This document shows positions 47,071 to 55,807 of a stretch of 64,000 bases of DNA, in pieces. Source of the stretch: an uncultured Actinomycetes bacterium. Its GTDB lineage: Bacteria > Actinomycetota > Thermoleophilia > UBA2241. The stretch lies in contig CAVYCN010000003.1 in assembly GCA_963767005.1 (NCBI GenBank), positions 160,001-224,000 on the forward strand, given 5' to 3'. Made by a program: the position numbers and the translations under genes. How positions within the stretch are numbered: position 1 is the stretch's first letter; each line of letters starts with the position of its first letter. Under the pieces are notes generated by a model that did no database searches, was not told the DNA's origin, and worked only from the letters and a program-made list of their open reading frames with translations.

Positions 47071-47076
47071 ATCCTA
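47071..47076 (-). promoter_or_regulatory. -10 box implying a leaderless lysA mRNA
   Basis: TAGGAT exactly 6 nt before the GTG; no Shine-Dalgarno. Confidence 0.65.
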
Positions 47077-47168
47077 CGCCACACCGGCGCTCGACCGGGT
47101 CGCCGCCACTCAGGCGAGCGTGACTACGGTGCGCGCCTGGTCCGCCGGTCGCCCGCGGCGTCGCGCGG

Positions 47169-47693
47169 CTAGAACTCGATGCCCTCGCGCGCGCCCACGC
47201 CGGCGTCGAAGTAGTGCTTGACGGGGCGCATCTCGGTGACCAGGTCGGCCGCCGCGACGAGCTCGTCGGGCGCGCGGCGGCCGGTCATGACCAGCTCGGT
47301 GCCGGCGGGTCGGTCGGCGAGCAGGGCGAGCACGCCGGCGAGCGGCACGAGCTCGAAGAACAGGGCGGTGCAGAGCTCGTCGAGCACCACCACGTCGTAG
47401 GCGCCGCCGCGGACGAGCTCGCAGGCGCGAGTGAAACCGGCGGCGGCGGCGCGCCGGTCCTCGTCGGGGACCTTGCCCTTGACGACCCAATGATCGAGCC
47501 CGACCTGCTCGATCTCGATCCCGAGGCGGCGGGCAGACACGATCTCGCCCCACGTCGGGTCGGCCTTCATGAACTGCAGGACGAGCACGGCCAGGCCGTG
47601 GCCGGCGGCGCGCATGGCCAGGCCGAACGCGGCGGTCGTCTTGCCCTTGCCGTCGCCCGTGTAGACCTGCACGCGACCGTCACGCTCGCTCAT
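47169..47693 (-). CDS. cobO: Cob(I)alamin adenosyltransferase (CobA/CobO/BtuR)
   Basis: VYTGDGKGKTTAAFG, QFMK, VVLDE, TGR, GIEF. Confidence 0.95.
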   Translation of the reverse strand: MSERDGRVQVYTGDGKGKTTAAFGLAMRAAGHGLAVLVLQFMKADPTWGEIVSARRLGIEIEQVGLDHWVVKGKVPDEDRRAAAAGFTRACELVRGGAYDVVVLDELCTALFFELVPLAGVLALLADRPAGTELVMTGRRAPDELVAAADLVTEMRPVKHYFDAGVGAREGIEF

Positions 47694-47769
47694 CGGCCCT
47701 CCCGCGCCGGCTTGGCCGGCCGCGCCGCCGTCGCCCGCGGCGGCGGTTCGTTCGATCGACTCGCCGCCC

Positions 47770-48618
47770 TCAGTATGTGAAGAAGCCCTCGCCGCTCTTG
47801 CGGCCCAGCTTGCCGGCGGCGACGAGCTCGCCGAGCAGCGGGCAGGGGCGGTACTTGTCGTCGCCGAGGTCGCGCTCGAGCGTCTCGAGGATCGCCTTGG
47901 TGGTGTCGAGCCCGACGAGGTCGGCCAGGGCGAGCGGGCCCATCGGGAAGTTGGCGCCGAGTTTGAGCCCGGTGTCGATGTCGGCGGCGCTCGCGACGCC
48001 CTGGGCGAAGGCGTAAGCCGCCTCGTTGATCATCGGGAAGAGGATGCGGTTGACGACGAACCCGGGCGAGTCGACCACGGTGATCGGTGTCTTGCCGAGC
48101 GTCTCGCAGAAGGCGCGCGCCGCGGCGACCGTGTCGTCGGCGGTGGCGGTGCCGCGCACGACCTCGACGAGCGCCATGGCCGGCACGGGGTTGAAGAAGT
48201 GGATGCCGCAGAAGCGCTCGGGGCCGGCGACGAAGGCGGCCAGCGTGCTCACCGACAGGCTCGACGTGTTCGTGGCGATCAGCGCGTCGGGCCGCAGGGC
48301 CGCGGCGGCCCGCTCGAGTAACGGACGCTTGATGTCGACCGTCTCGGGCGCGGCCTCGATGAACAGGTCGGCGTCGGCGCCGGCCGTCACGTCGAGGCCG
48401 GTGGTGATGCGGGCCAGCGCGGCGTCGCGCTCGGCGGCGTCGAGACGACCCTTCTCGACCGCGCGCCCCAGGCGCTGCTCGATCCCGGCCATGCCCTTGG
48501 CGATGAACTCGTCGGCCACGTCGATCATGGTCGCCCGCAGGCCGGCCTGCGCCGCGACCTGGACGATGCCGGCGCCCATCTGCCCGGCCCCGGCGACCAG
48601 CACGCTTTGAACCTTCAC
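47770..48618 (-). CDS. hbd: 3-hydroxybutyryl/3-hydroxyacyl-CoA dehydrogenase
   Basis: GAGQMGAGI, ATNTSS, IHFFNPV, PGFVVNR, PMGP. Confidence 0.92.
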   Translation of the reverse strand: MKVQSVLVAGAGQMGAGIVQVAAQAGLRATMIDVADEFIAKGMAGIEQRLGRAVEKGRLDAAERDAALARITTGLDVTAGADADLFIEAAPETVDIKRPLLERAAAALRPDALIATNTSSLSVSTLAAFVAGPERFCGIHFFNPVPAMALVEVVRGTATADDTVAAARAFCETLGKTPITVVDSPGFVVNRILFPMINEAAYAFAQGVASAADIDTGLKLGANFPMGPLALADLVGLDTTKAILETLERDLGDDKYRPCPLLGELVAAGKLGRKSGEGFFTY

Positions 48619-48981
48619 GATCGCTCCTTCGTACGATGACGGCGCCGCCTGCCCGTGGCTGCCGTCCGTCCGCGCTCACACGAGAGCTGCAGACGAAAAG
48701 CGCCGTGCGACCGGCGGCAAGGCCCTATGCTACCAAAGGGGGGACCCCGGTGAGGCACGCCGGCGATCGACTGCGCGTGGCTCCCGCGCAGGCGTGCGTG
48801 ACTTACGTGCCGCGCCTGGTCGTTTCAGTCCTGGGCAGAACCGACCGACAACTACTCCGACATGGATAGTCGGCGGTTGGTGGGGCGAGCGGGCAGGACC
48901 GACAAAGATGGGTCACGACCATAGCGAGAGCCTGACGACGGCGCGGAGCGGCGCCGGCGCGCCGTCGCCGCGCGCGGCGCG

Positions 48982-50634
48982 ATGATGGACTGCAAGTTCC
49001 TCGACTCCTACGAAGCCGACCTCGACGGCGACACGATCGATGTCTGGTACTGCCGCAAGCGCGACCCGTTCGTCCTGGGCCCCACGCGCGAGGTCGCGCT
49101 GCGCACCTGCTCGGGCTGCCGCCTGTCCGACCACACGCGACCGCCGAGCGAGCTCGCCAACGAGGTCGAGCGGCGCAACCAGGAGCTCGTCGCCCTGAAC
49201 GCGATCGTGGCGGCCGTGAACTCGTCGCTCGACCTCTCCACGGTGCTCAACACCGGGCTCGACAAGGCCATCGAGATCCTCCAGGTCGACGCGGGCTGGA
49301 TCGCCCCGGCGGGCGACGAGGCGGTGCGACTCACGGTCCACCGCGGCGTATCCGACGACTACGCTCAGACGATCGCGCGGCTGAACGCGCAGGAGGGCAT
49401 CGTCGGCATCGTGGCGCGCGAGCAGCAGACGACCGTCGTCGAGGACGTGGGCGCCAACGGCACGCTCCCGTTCGCCTCGGCCGAGGGTCTGCGCACGATC
49501 CTGGCCACGCCACTCAAGGCGCAGGGCAGGCTGCTCGGCGTGATGGCCGTCGCCACGCGAGCCGCACGCTCCTACTCGGCCGACGACGTCTACTTCGCGA
49601 GCGCCGCCGGCGCGCAGCTTGCCTCGGCGATCGAGCACGCGCTGCTGTTCGCCGAGCAGCTTGAGCGCGTCGAACGCGAGCGTCGCTTGCTCAAGGCGGT
49701 CGAGAAGGTCAACCGCAGCCTGGGCGCGCACTCCGCCTCGGCGACGGTCGTCGCCGAGGCGGCCCACCTCATGAACGCCGACAAGGCGGCGCTGCTCGTC
49801 CTGCGCGGCGACCTGCTCGTCGTCGAAGACGTCCACAACCTGAGCGACGAGTTCCGACGACGCTGCGTGCTGTCACTCCACGAGTCCCCGGAGGGCCTCG
49901 CGATCCGTGAGGGCGAGCCGGTGGCCGTCGACGACATCGAGGGCCAGCCGCTCGTGAACGTCCCGGTCTGCGCGGTAGGCGGCTTTCGCTCGTTCATCAC
50001 CGCGCCCCTGCAGTCGCACGAAGCCGTCTACGGATCGCTGTCGGTGTACTTCGACCGTCCTCACCGGTTCTCCGACGACGCCAAGACGATCCTCGCCACG
50101 TTCGCCAGCCAGGCGGCGGTCGCCCTCGAAAACCAGCGGCTCATGCGCGAGAAGGACATCATGGCTCGCACCGACGGCCTCACGGGGATCTACAACCGCA
50201 GCTACCTCGAGCTGGCGCTCGACCAGGCCATGCGCTCCCTGCACCGGAACGGCGGCCTCGTCAGCCTTCTGTTCGTCGACGTCGACCACCTGAAGCACGT
50301 GAACGACGAACGCGGGCACATGGCGGGCGACCGCATGCTGCGCGACCTGGCGACGCTCCTCGCCGAGAGCTGTCGCGAGACCGACACGGTGGCGCGGTAC
50401 GGCGGCGACGAGTTCGTGGTGCTCATGCCCGAGACCGACGCAAACGGCGCCCATCAGGTGCTCGCCAAGATCGACGCGGCCATCGAGCGACACAACAACG
50501 CGCAGGGCGACGGCCTGCCCCTGCGCGCCAGCATGGGCCTGCAGACTTCGGGCTGGACCGACCCCGAGGAGCTCCTGCTCGCGGCCGACCGCAGCATGTA
50601 CGCCATGAAGCGGCAGCGGGCGGCGGCCAGCTGA
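48982..50634 (+). CDS. Diguanylate cyclase with two GAF domains and a Cys-rich N-terminus
   Basis: DGLTGIYN, RETD I-site, ARYGGDEF; two GAF-like segments. Confidence 0.92.
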   Translation: MMDCKFLDSYEADLDGDTIDVWYCRKRDPFVLGPTREVALRTCSGCRLSDHTRPPSELANEVERRNQELVALNAIVAAVNSSLDLSTVLNTGLDKAIEILQVDAGWIAPAGDEAVRLTVHRGVSDDYAQTIARLNAQEGIVGIVAREQQTTVVEDVGANGTLPFASAEGLRTILATPLKAQGRLLGVMAVATRAARSYSADDVYFASAAGAQLASAIEHALLFAEQLERVERERRLLKAVEKVNRSLGAHSASATVVAEAAHLMNADKAALLVLRGDLLVVEDVHNLSDEFRRRCVLSLHESPEGLAIREGEPVAVDDIEGQPLVNVPVCAVGGFRSFITAPLQSHEAVYGSLSVYFDRPHRFSDDAKTILATFASQAAVALENQRLMREKDIMARTDGLTGIYNRSYLELALDQAMRSLHRNGGLVSLLFVDVDHLKHVNDERGHMAGDRMLRDLATLLAESCRETDTVARYGGDEFVVLMPETDANGAHQVLAKIDAAIERHNNAQGDGLPLRASMGLQTSGWTDPEELLLAADRSMYAMKRQRAAAS

Positions 50635-50665
50635 CGGTCGCCGCGACCCGCTTCCGCGCGGTACC

Positions 50666-51367
50666 ATGGGAAGCGACGTGATCGATCTGCCGGGAAACGA
50701 CGGGCAGCCGCCCAAGATCATCGCCTGCGAGACGCTGCGCGACGAGGTCACGCGCGTGGCCGGCGACCTCGAGGTCGAGTACCTCGAGGGCCGCCTGCAC
50801 GACCACCCCGATCGTCTCCGCGACCTGCTCAACGAACGCATCGCGGCGACCCCGGGGGCGCGCACCATCCTGCTCGCCTACGGGCGCTGCTCCAACGGCA
50901 CGGCCGGCCTCGAAGCCGGACCCCACCGCCTGGTGCTGCCGGCGGTCGACGACTGCATCGCCATCCTGCTCGGCTCGCGCGACGAGTACCTGCGCCAGTT
51001 CAACGGCTGCCCCGGCACCTACTACTACACGCGCGGCTGGATCGAGTACATCCAGGACCCCTATCACGAGTACCTCGAGATGATCCCCAGGTACGGCGAG
51101 CAGAAGGCCCGCGAGATCGCCCACCTCATCCTGGGCAACTACCGGCGCGTCGCGCTCGTCGACACGGGCACCTACGACCCCGACGAGTATCGCGACTACC
51201 TGCGCACGGTCTGCGAGTTCTACGATCTGCCGCTCGAGGTGCTGCCCGGCTCGCTGCGCCTGCTCGAGAAGCTCGTCCACGACGGCCCGCACGACGGTGA
51301 GTTCATCACGGTCGACCCCGGCGGGACCCTCGACGAGCCTCTCTTCTGGCGATCGGCCGAGGGGTAG
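50666..51367 (+). CDS. DUF1638 domain protein (start may be GTG at 50678)
   Basis: IIACE, LHDHP, YGRCSNG, DDCIAILLGS, GTYYYTRGW. Confidence 0.85.
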   Translation: MGSDVIDLPGNDGQPPKIIACETLRDEVTRVAGDLEVEYLEGRLHDHPDRLRDLLNERIAATPGARTILLAYGRCSNGTAGLEAGPHRLVLPAVDDCIAILLGSRDEYLRQFNGCPGTYYYTRGWIEYIQDPYHEYLEMIPRYGEQKAREIAHLILGNYRRVALVDTGTYDPDEYRDYLRTVCEFYDLPLEVLPGSLRLLEKLVHDGPHDGEFITVDPGGTLDEPLFWRSAEG

Positions 51368-51370
51368 AGC

Positions 51371-52183
51371 GTGCGCGTCGGCGTCGTACAGAGCATGAAC
51401 GCGCCGCCCGACCTGACCGAGTCGCTGCGCGCCGGACTCACGCGGCTGCAGGACGCCAAGGACGCCGGCGTCGACCTCGTCGTGTTTCCCGAGCTCTTCC
51501 TGGGCGGCTACTACCTCGACCAGGCCATGGTGGGTCGCGCCGGCAAGGCGCGGGCCGCGCTGGCCCGCCTGCAGGCGGCGGTCGACACGCTCGAGGTCTC
51601 CTGTGTCGTCGGCCTGCCCGACCTGCGCGACGGCGTGCTCTACAACGCGGTCGCCATCCTGCGCCCCGGGCAGGAGCCCGGCCGCTACGCCAAGACGCAC
51701 CTCTTCCGCGCCGAGAAAGAGCTCTTCACTCCGGGCGCGCGGTTCTGGACGGGCGAGATCGCCGGCTGGCCGTGCGGCGTGCTCGTCTGCTACGAGGTCG
51801 CGTTCCCCGAGGTCGCCCGCGCCCTCGCCCTCGCGGGCGCCCGGCTGTTGATCGTGACCGCGGCCTTCGGCCGCCCGCGCCTGCGCATCTGGCAGATCGC
51901 CACCATCTCGCGGGCGCTCGAGAACGGCTGCTACCTCGTGGCCGCCGGCCACGCCGGCCAGAGCGGACCGATCCAGTTCGCCGGCCACAGCCGGATCGTC
52001 GACCCGGCCGGCGAGCTGCTCGCCGACGCCGGCGAGCGCGCCGAGATGCTGACCGCCGAGCTGCGGCCGCGCCTGGTCGACGAGGCGCGCGCCGGCCGCG
52101 CCGACACACACGCCTGTCTGAGCGACCGCCGTCCCGAGCTGTACAGCGCCCTCAGCCGCGCGCCCGAGGCGCCGCGCCGCTAG
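51371..52183 (+). CDS. Carbon-nitrogen hydrolase (nitrilase superfamily)
   Basis: Catalytic triad motifs FPE, YAKTHL, VCYE. Confidence 0.92.
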   Translation: MRVGVVQSMNAPPDLTESLRAGLTRLQDAKDAGVDLVVFPELFLGGYYLDQAMVGRAGKARAALARLQAAVDTLEVSCVVGLPDLRDGVLYNAVAILRPGQEPGRYAKTHLFRAEKELFTPGARFWTGEIAGWPCGVLVCYEVAFPEVARALALAGARLLIVTAAFGRPRLRIWQIATISRALENGCYLVAAGHAGQSGPIQFAGHSRIVDPAGELLADAGERAEMLTAELRPRLVDEARAGRADTHACLSDRRPELYSALSRAPEAPRR

Positions 52184-52233
52184 GCCGCCGGCCGGCCTCG
52201 TCGGCGCTCGGGCAGACGCACTCCGTCGCGCGG

Positions 52234-52917
52234 CTACTTCTCTTTGCGCCGGCGCGGCGTCGCGCCGCCCTTGCTCCCGGCGCCCTTGGCACCGGCGCCC
52301 TTGCTCCCAGCGCCCTTGGCACCGCCGCCCTTGCTGGCGGCGCCCCCGGCGCGCCCGCGGCTCCTGCTCGTCGAAGCCTTCTCCGATGCCGACCTCGATC
52401 TCGCCCTCGGGGGAGTATTTCGAGCCTGAGTCTCATGCTCGCCTTGAGCCTGAGTACCGGTCTCGGAAGGTTCCTCGCCGGCCGATCCGGCGTCACTCGC
52501 CGACGGCGCGGTCGCGGGTTTCTGCTCGGGCGACCGTGCGGCGGCCTCGGGGCGCGCCTCTGGGGTGGGCTCGCGCGGCGCGGACGGGCCCGGCTCGGCG
52601 CTCGCCCGCGCGAAGTTCAGCTGCATCTGGGCGAGCGTCGAGCGCAGGCTCGACGCCTCGGGATCGCCCTCGGCCTCGACCACCTCGATCAGGCGGCGCA
52701 GCGATTCGATGGCCACGCGCGCATCGCGCAGATCGCGCAGCTCCCGGGTCTGCTCGGTGAGCCCGAGCTTCTCGTAGCCCACGGTGACGAGGGTCACCAT
52801 CATGTCGCGCACGAGGTCGACCACGTGCAACTGCTTGAGCTGCTCGCGGTACAGGTCGGCGCGCTCCTGGTCGGTCAGCGGCCGCTCCTCGCGAGTGTCG
52901 CTTGCGTCGTCGGTCAC
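52234..52917 (-). CDS. Hypothetical protein with a helical (DUF1844-like) N-domain and a basic low-complexity tail
   Basis: GGAGGTG RBS plus GTG at 52917; ARVAIESL...LRSTLAQMQLNF. Confidence 0.75.
   Translation of the reverse strand: MTDDASDTREERPLTDQERADLYREQLKQLHVVDLVRDMMVTLVTVGYEKLGLTEQTRELRDLRDARVAIESLRRLIEVVEAEGDPEASSLRSTLAQMQLNFARASAEPGPSAPREPTPEARPEAAARSPEQKPATAPSASDAGSAGEEPSETGTQAQGEHETQARNTPPRARSRSASEKASTSRSRGRAGGAASKGGGAKGAGSKGAGAKGAGSKGGATPRRRKEK
52264..52338. repeat. Five tandem 15-bp units encoding (A/G)(S/A)KG(A/G) pentapeptides
   Basis: gccgcccttgctccc/ggcgcccttggcacc/ggcgcccttgctccc/agcgcccttggcacc/gccgcccttgctggc. Confidence 0.8.
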
Positions 52918-52921
52918 GTCG

Positions 52922-54100
52922 TCACCTCCGCTCGTTGCCGTCGAGGATCGCGCCGGCGCGCGCGACCGCGTCGGCGTGCACCTCATGGACTGTGCGCCCG
53001 GCGGCGAGCTCGCGGACCTGTCGCTGGGCGCCGTTTCCTGTGGACAGCAGCCGCTCGGCGTCGTCGAGGTACGGCGCGAGGCCGAGCGCATCGCCGGCCG
53101 GCCGCACCCATTCGATCAGGCCGCGCAGCGCCTCGGGAGCCGCCACCTCGACGCCCCGGTCCCAGTCGACGAGGCGGCCGTCGAGACCGTGCCGGATGGC
53201 ACGCCAGAGGTTCTCTTCGATCCAGCGCGTCTCGAGCACCGGCAGCGGCCGACCCTCATCGAGCATCGTGGCCAGCGTGGCCACGAGGCCCAGGGCGAGC
53301 GCATGCACGGCGAGCGTCTGCCAGACCTCGGTCTGCACGTCGCAGATGCGCACCTCGACCGTACCGTAGGAGTGGTGCGCACGCACGCTCCACCACACTT
53401 GCGTGAACTCCTGGATACAGTCGGTGGCAAACAGCAGCTCGAAGTAGCGCCGCTGCGTGGCCCACGAGCCGAAGATGTCGGGCACGCCACAGCGCGGGAA
53501 CATGCGCACGAAGGTCTGCGTGCGGGCCGAGTGCAGGTGGCTCCACACGCCCTCGACACACGGCGAGTTGGCCGACAGGGCGAGCAGATGGGGCAGGTAG
53601 GCCCGCATCGCGTCGCAGACACGCACGGCGCGCTCGATGCCGCGCACACCGACGTGGATGTGCTGGCTCCACGTGTTGTTGCGCCAGGCCACGTACTTGA
53701 GCTTGTCCTCGACCGCGCGGTAGTGCGGCGTGTCGATGATGCGCTGGTCCTGCCAGGGCGAGAAGGCGTGCGTGCCGGTCGCGCCGAGCATGAAGCCCTG
53801 CCCGCGCGCGTGGCCGAACAGGGCGAGGCGGCGCGCGACGATGTCGCGCGCCGCTTCGGCGAACGACTCGCAGCGCGGCGTCGCGATCTCGATCTCGCTC
53901 GAGATCAGCTCGCCGAGGATGCGCTCGCGCAGGCCGGGAGGGGCGCTGTCGCGCAGCAGCTCGAAGCCGGCGGTAAGACCGAGGGTGCCGGGGTCGAGGA
54001 TCTGATACTCCTCCTCGAGCCCGATCGTGTAGTCGGTCGACGCGGCGAAGATCTCCTCGACCCGGTCGAGGTAGGCGTGGGTGTCGTTGTCGGGGGCCAC
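52922..54100 (-). CDS. Carboxylate-amine ligase (YbdK/GCS2 family)
   Basis: TIGLEEEYQ, HIHVG, LLALSANSP, WWSVR, TVEVRICD; TATACT 9 nt upstream of the GTG. Confidence 0.92.
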   Translation of the reverse strand: MAPDNDTHAYLDRVEEIFAASTDYTIGLEEEYQILDPGTLGLTAGFELLRDSAPPGLRERILGELISSEIEIATPRCESFAEAARDIVARRLALFGHARGQGFMLGATGTHAFSPWQDQRIIDTPHYRAVEDKLKYVAWRNNTWSQHIHVGVRGIERAVRVCDAMRAYLPHLLALSANSPCVEGVWSHLHSARTQTFVRMFPRCGVPDIFGSWATQRRYFELLFATDCIQEFTQVWWSVRAHHSYGTVEVRICDVQTEVWQTLAVHALALGLVATLATMLDEGRPLPVLETRWIEENLWRAIRHGLDGRLVDWDRGVEVAAPEALRGLIEWVRPAGDALGLAPYLDDAERLLSTGNGAQRQVRELAAGRTVHEVHADAVARAGAILDGNERR

Positions 54101-54127
54101 TGCCGGCCTAGTATACCCGTGCCCAAC

Positions 54128-54181
54128 GTGAGGGCGGGGGCGGGCGGCGCGCACGTGCGCGCCGCCCGCCCCCGCCCTCAC
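54128..54181. repeat. Perfect 54-bp palindrome, probable terminator or REP-like element
   Basis: GTGAGGGCGGGGGCGGGCGGCGCGCAC|GTGCGCGCCGCCCGCCCCCGCCCTCAC. Confidence 0.85.
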
Positions 54182-54229
54182 CGGGTCCGTCGCTGTGGGC
54201 GACGAAAAGCGGGTGAGCCGGCTGTCGGC

Positions 54230-54880
54230 TCAGGCCACGCCGAGCAGGCCCTTGGCGGCACTCACGGCCTCGATGGCGTCCTCGGCGTAGCCGTCGGCGC
54301 CGATCTCATCGGCCCAGGCGCGCGTCGTCGGGGCGCCGCCGATCATCACCTTGATCGACTCGCGCAGACCGGCGGCCTTCAGGGCCTCGATCGTCTTTTG
54401 CTGGTTGGGCATGGTGGTGGTCAGCAGGGCACTGAGCAGCAGCAGGTCGGGCTTGACGGACTGGCAGGTGGCGACGAAGGTCTCGGGGGCCACGTCGCAG
54501 CCCACGTCGGTGACCTCAAAGCCGGCCGCGCTGAGCATGGAGCAGACGATCGTCTTGCCGATCTCGTGGATGTCGCCGGCCACCGTGCCGGCGACCGCGA
54601 TGCCGGTCGCCTTGCGGCCCTCCTTGGAGGCATCCAGGGCGGGCTGCAGGACCTTCACCGCGGCCTTCATGGCCTCGGCCCCCTGGACCAGCTCGGGCAG
54701 GAAGAACTCGCCCTTGCCGAACAGCTCGCCGACGGTCTCGATGCCCTTGACGAAGCCCTTGTCCAGGATGTCGGCCGCACTGAGGCCGGCGTCGAGGCCC
54801 TGCTGGGCCAAGGCGGCGGCGCTGTCGTCTTCGCCGTCGATCACCGCCTGGGCCATCTTTGCGTAGAGTTCGTCGCTCAC
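54230..54880 (-). CDS. Corrinoid (B12-binding) protein, second MttC/MtbC-like paralog
   Basis: AAGGAGG RBS plus GTG; FLPELV, GDIHEIGK, SALLTTTM, IGGAP. Confidence 0.93.
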   Translation of the reverse strand: MSDELYAKMAQAVIDGEDDSAAALAQQGLDAGLSAADILDKGFVKGIETVGELFGKGEFFLPELVQGAEAMKAAVKVLQPALDASKEGRKATGIAVAGTVAGDIHEIGKTIVCSMLSAAGFEVTDVGCDVAPETFVATCQSVKPDLLLLSALLTTTMPNQQKTIEALKAAGLRESIKVMIGGAPTTRAWADEIGADGYAEDAIEAVSAAKGLLGVA

Positions 54881-55155
54881 CAGGTCCTCCTTCACGCACT
54901 GCTGCCGTCAGCAAGGTCTTCTCGCTCCGGGCGCTCGAACGCGCAGGCCGGCAAGAAGCTCAGGTTGCAGGACACGTCCGACCCCATCGTCGCGCACGGA
55001 CGCCGGCTCAGGCTACAGAAGCCCGACTCGCTCTGCAACCGGGCGTCCACGCGCCGCCGATCCACCCCTTGCGCCGCGCCCAGTTCCCGTTACCATACCT
55101 GCGGCGCATGGGCGGTGCGTCGCGCCCGCGCGAGACGACGACCAGGGGGGCATCC

Positions 55156-55773
55156 GTGAAGTTCAGCCTCGTGCCGCAGGAACGGGAGTACTTCCGCCTG
55201 TTCTCCGACTTCGCTGCGACGCTCGACCAGGCCGCCCAGCTACTGGTCTCCCTCCTTGCCGACTACGCCACGCTGAAGAGCGCCGCCCGCGAGATGACCG
55301 AGCTCGAGCATGTCGGCGACAAGATCGTGCACGACATCGTCAACCGCCTGAACAAGAGCTTCGTCACGCCACTCGATCGCGAGGACATCTACAACCTCTC
55401 ATCGACCCTCGACGAGATCCTCGACAGCATCGAAGCCGCGGTCGATCTGCTGCTGCTCTACCGCATCCCGCAGCCCACGGCCCACCTGGTCGAGCAGGCC
55501 GCGGTACTGGGCAAGCAGACGTCGCTGGTGCGCACGGCGATCGACGGCCTCGAGAAGCGCAAGGGCCTCGAACAGTACTGGATCGAGCTCAACCGCCTCG
55601 AGAACGACGGCGACCGGCTGCACCGCGACGCCGTCGCGGAGCTGTTCGACGGCGACATGAAGTGCACCGACATCATCAAGTGGAAGGACATCTACACGAC
55701 CCTCGAGGCGGCCATCGACCAGTGCGAGGACGTCGCCAACATCATCGAGACGATCGTCCTCAAGAACACCTGA
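55156..55773 (+). CDS. DUF47 / PhoU-like phosphate transport regulator
   Basis: LEHVGD, FVTPLDREDI, LENDGD, DQCEDVANIIE; lies upstream of pit. Confidence 0.92.
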   Translation: MKFSLVPQEREYFRLFSDFAATLDQAAQLLVSLLADYATLKSAAREMTELEHVGDKIVHDIVNRLNKSFVTPLDREDIYNLSSTLDEILDSIEAAVDLLLLYRIPQPTAHLVEQAAVLGKQTSLVRTAIDGLEKRKGLEQYWIELNRLENDGDRLHRDAVAELFDGDMKCTDIIKWKDIYTTLEAAIDQCEDVANIIETIVLKNT

Positions 55774-55807
55774 TGCCCGCCGTCTTCCTCACCGTCACGG
55801 CCGCCTG

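Noticed and set aside
48735-48800. Cobalamin riboswitch-like GGGGGGACCCCGGTG...CCGG segment
   Set aside because: It lacks the CCCGCAACTGT and B12-box elements and points towards the DGC rather than a B12 gene.
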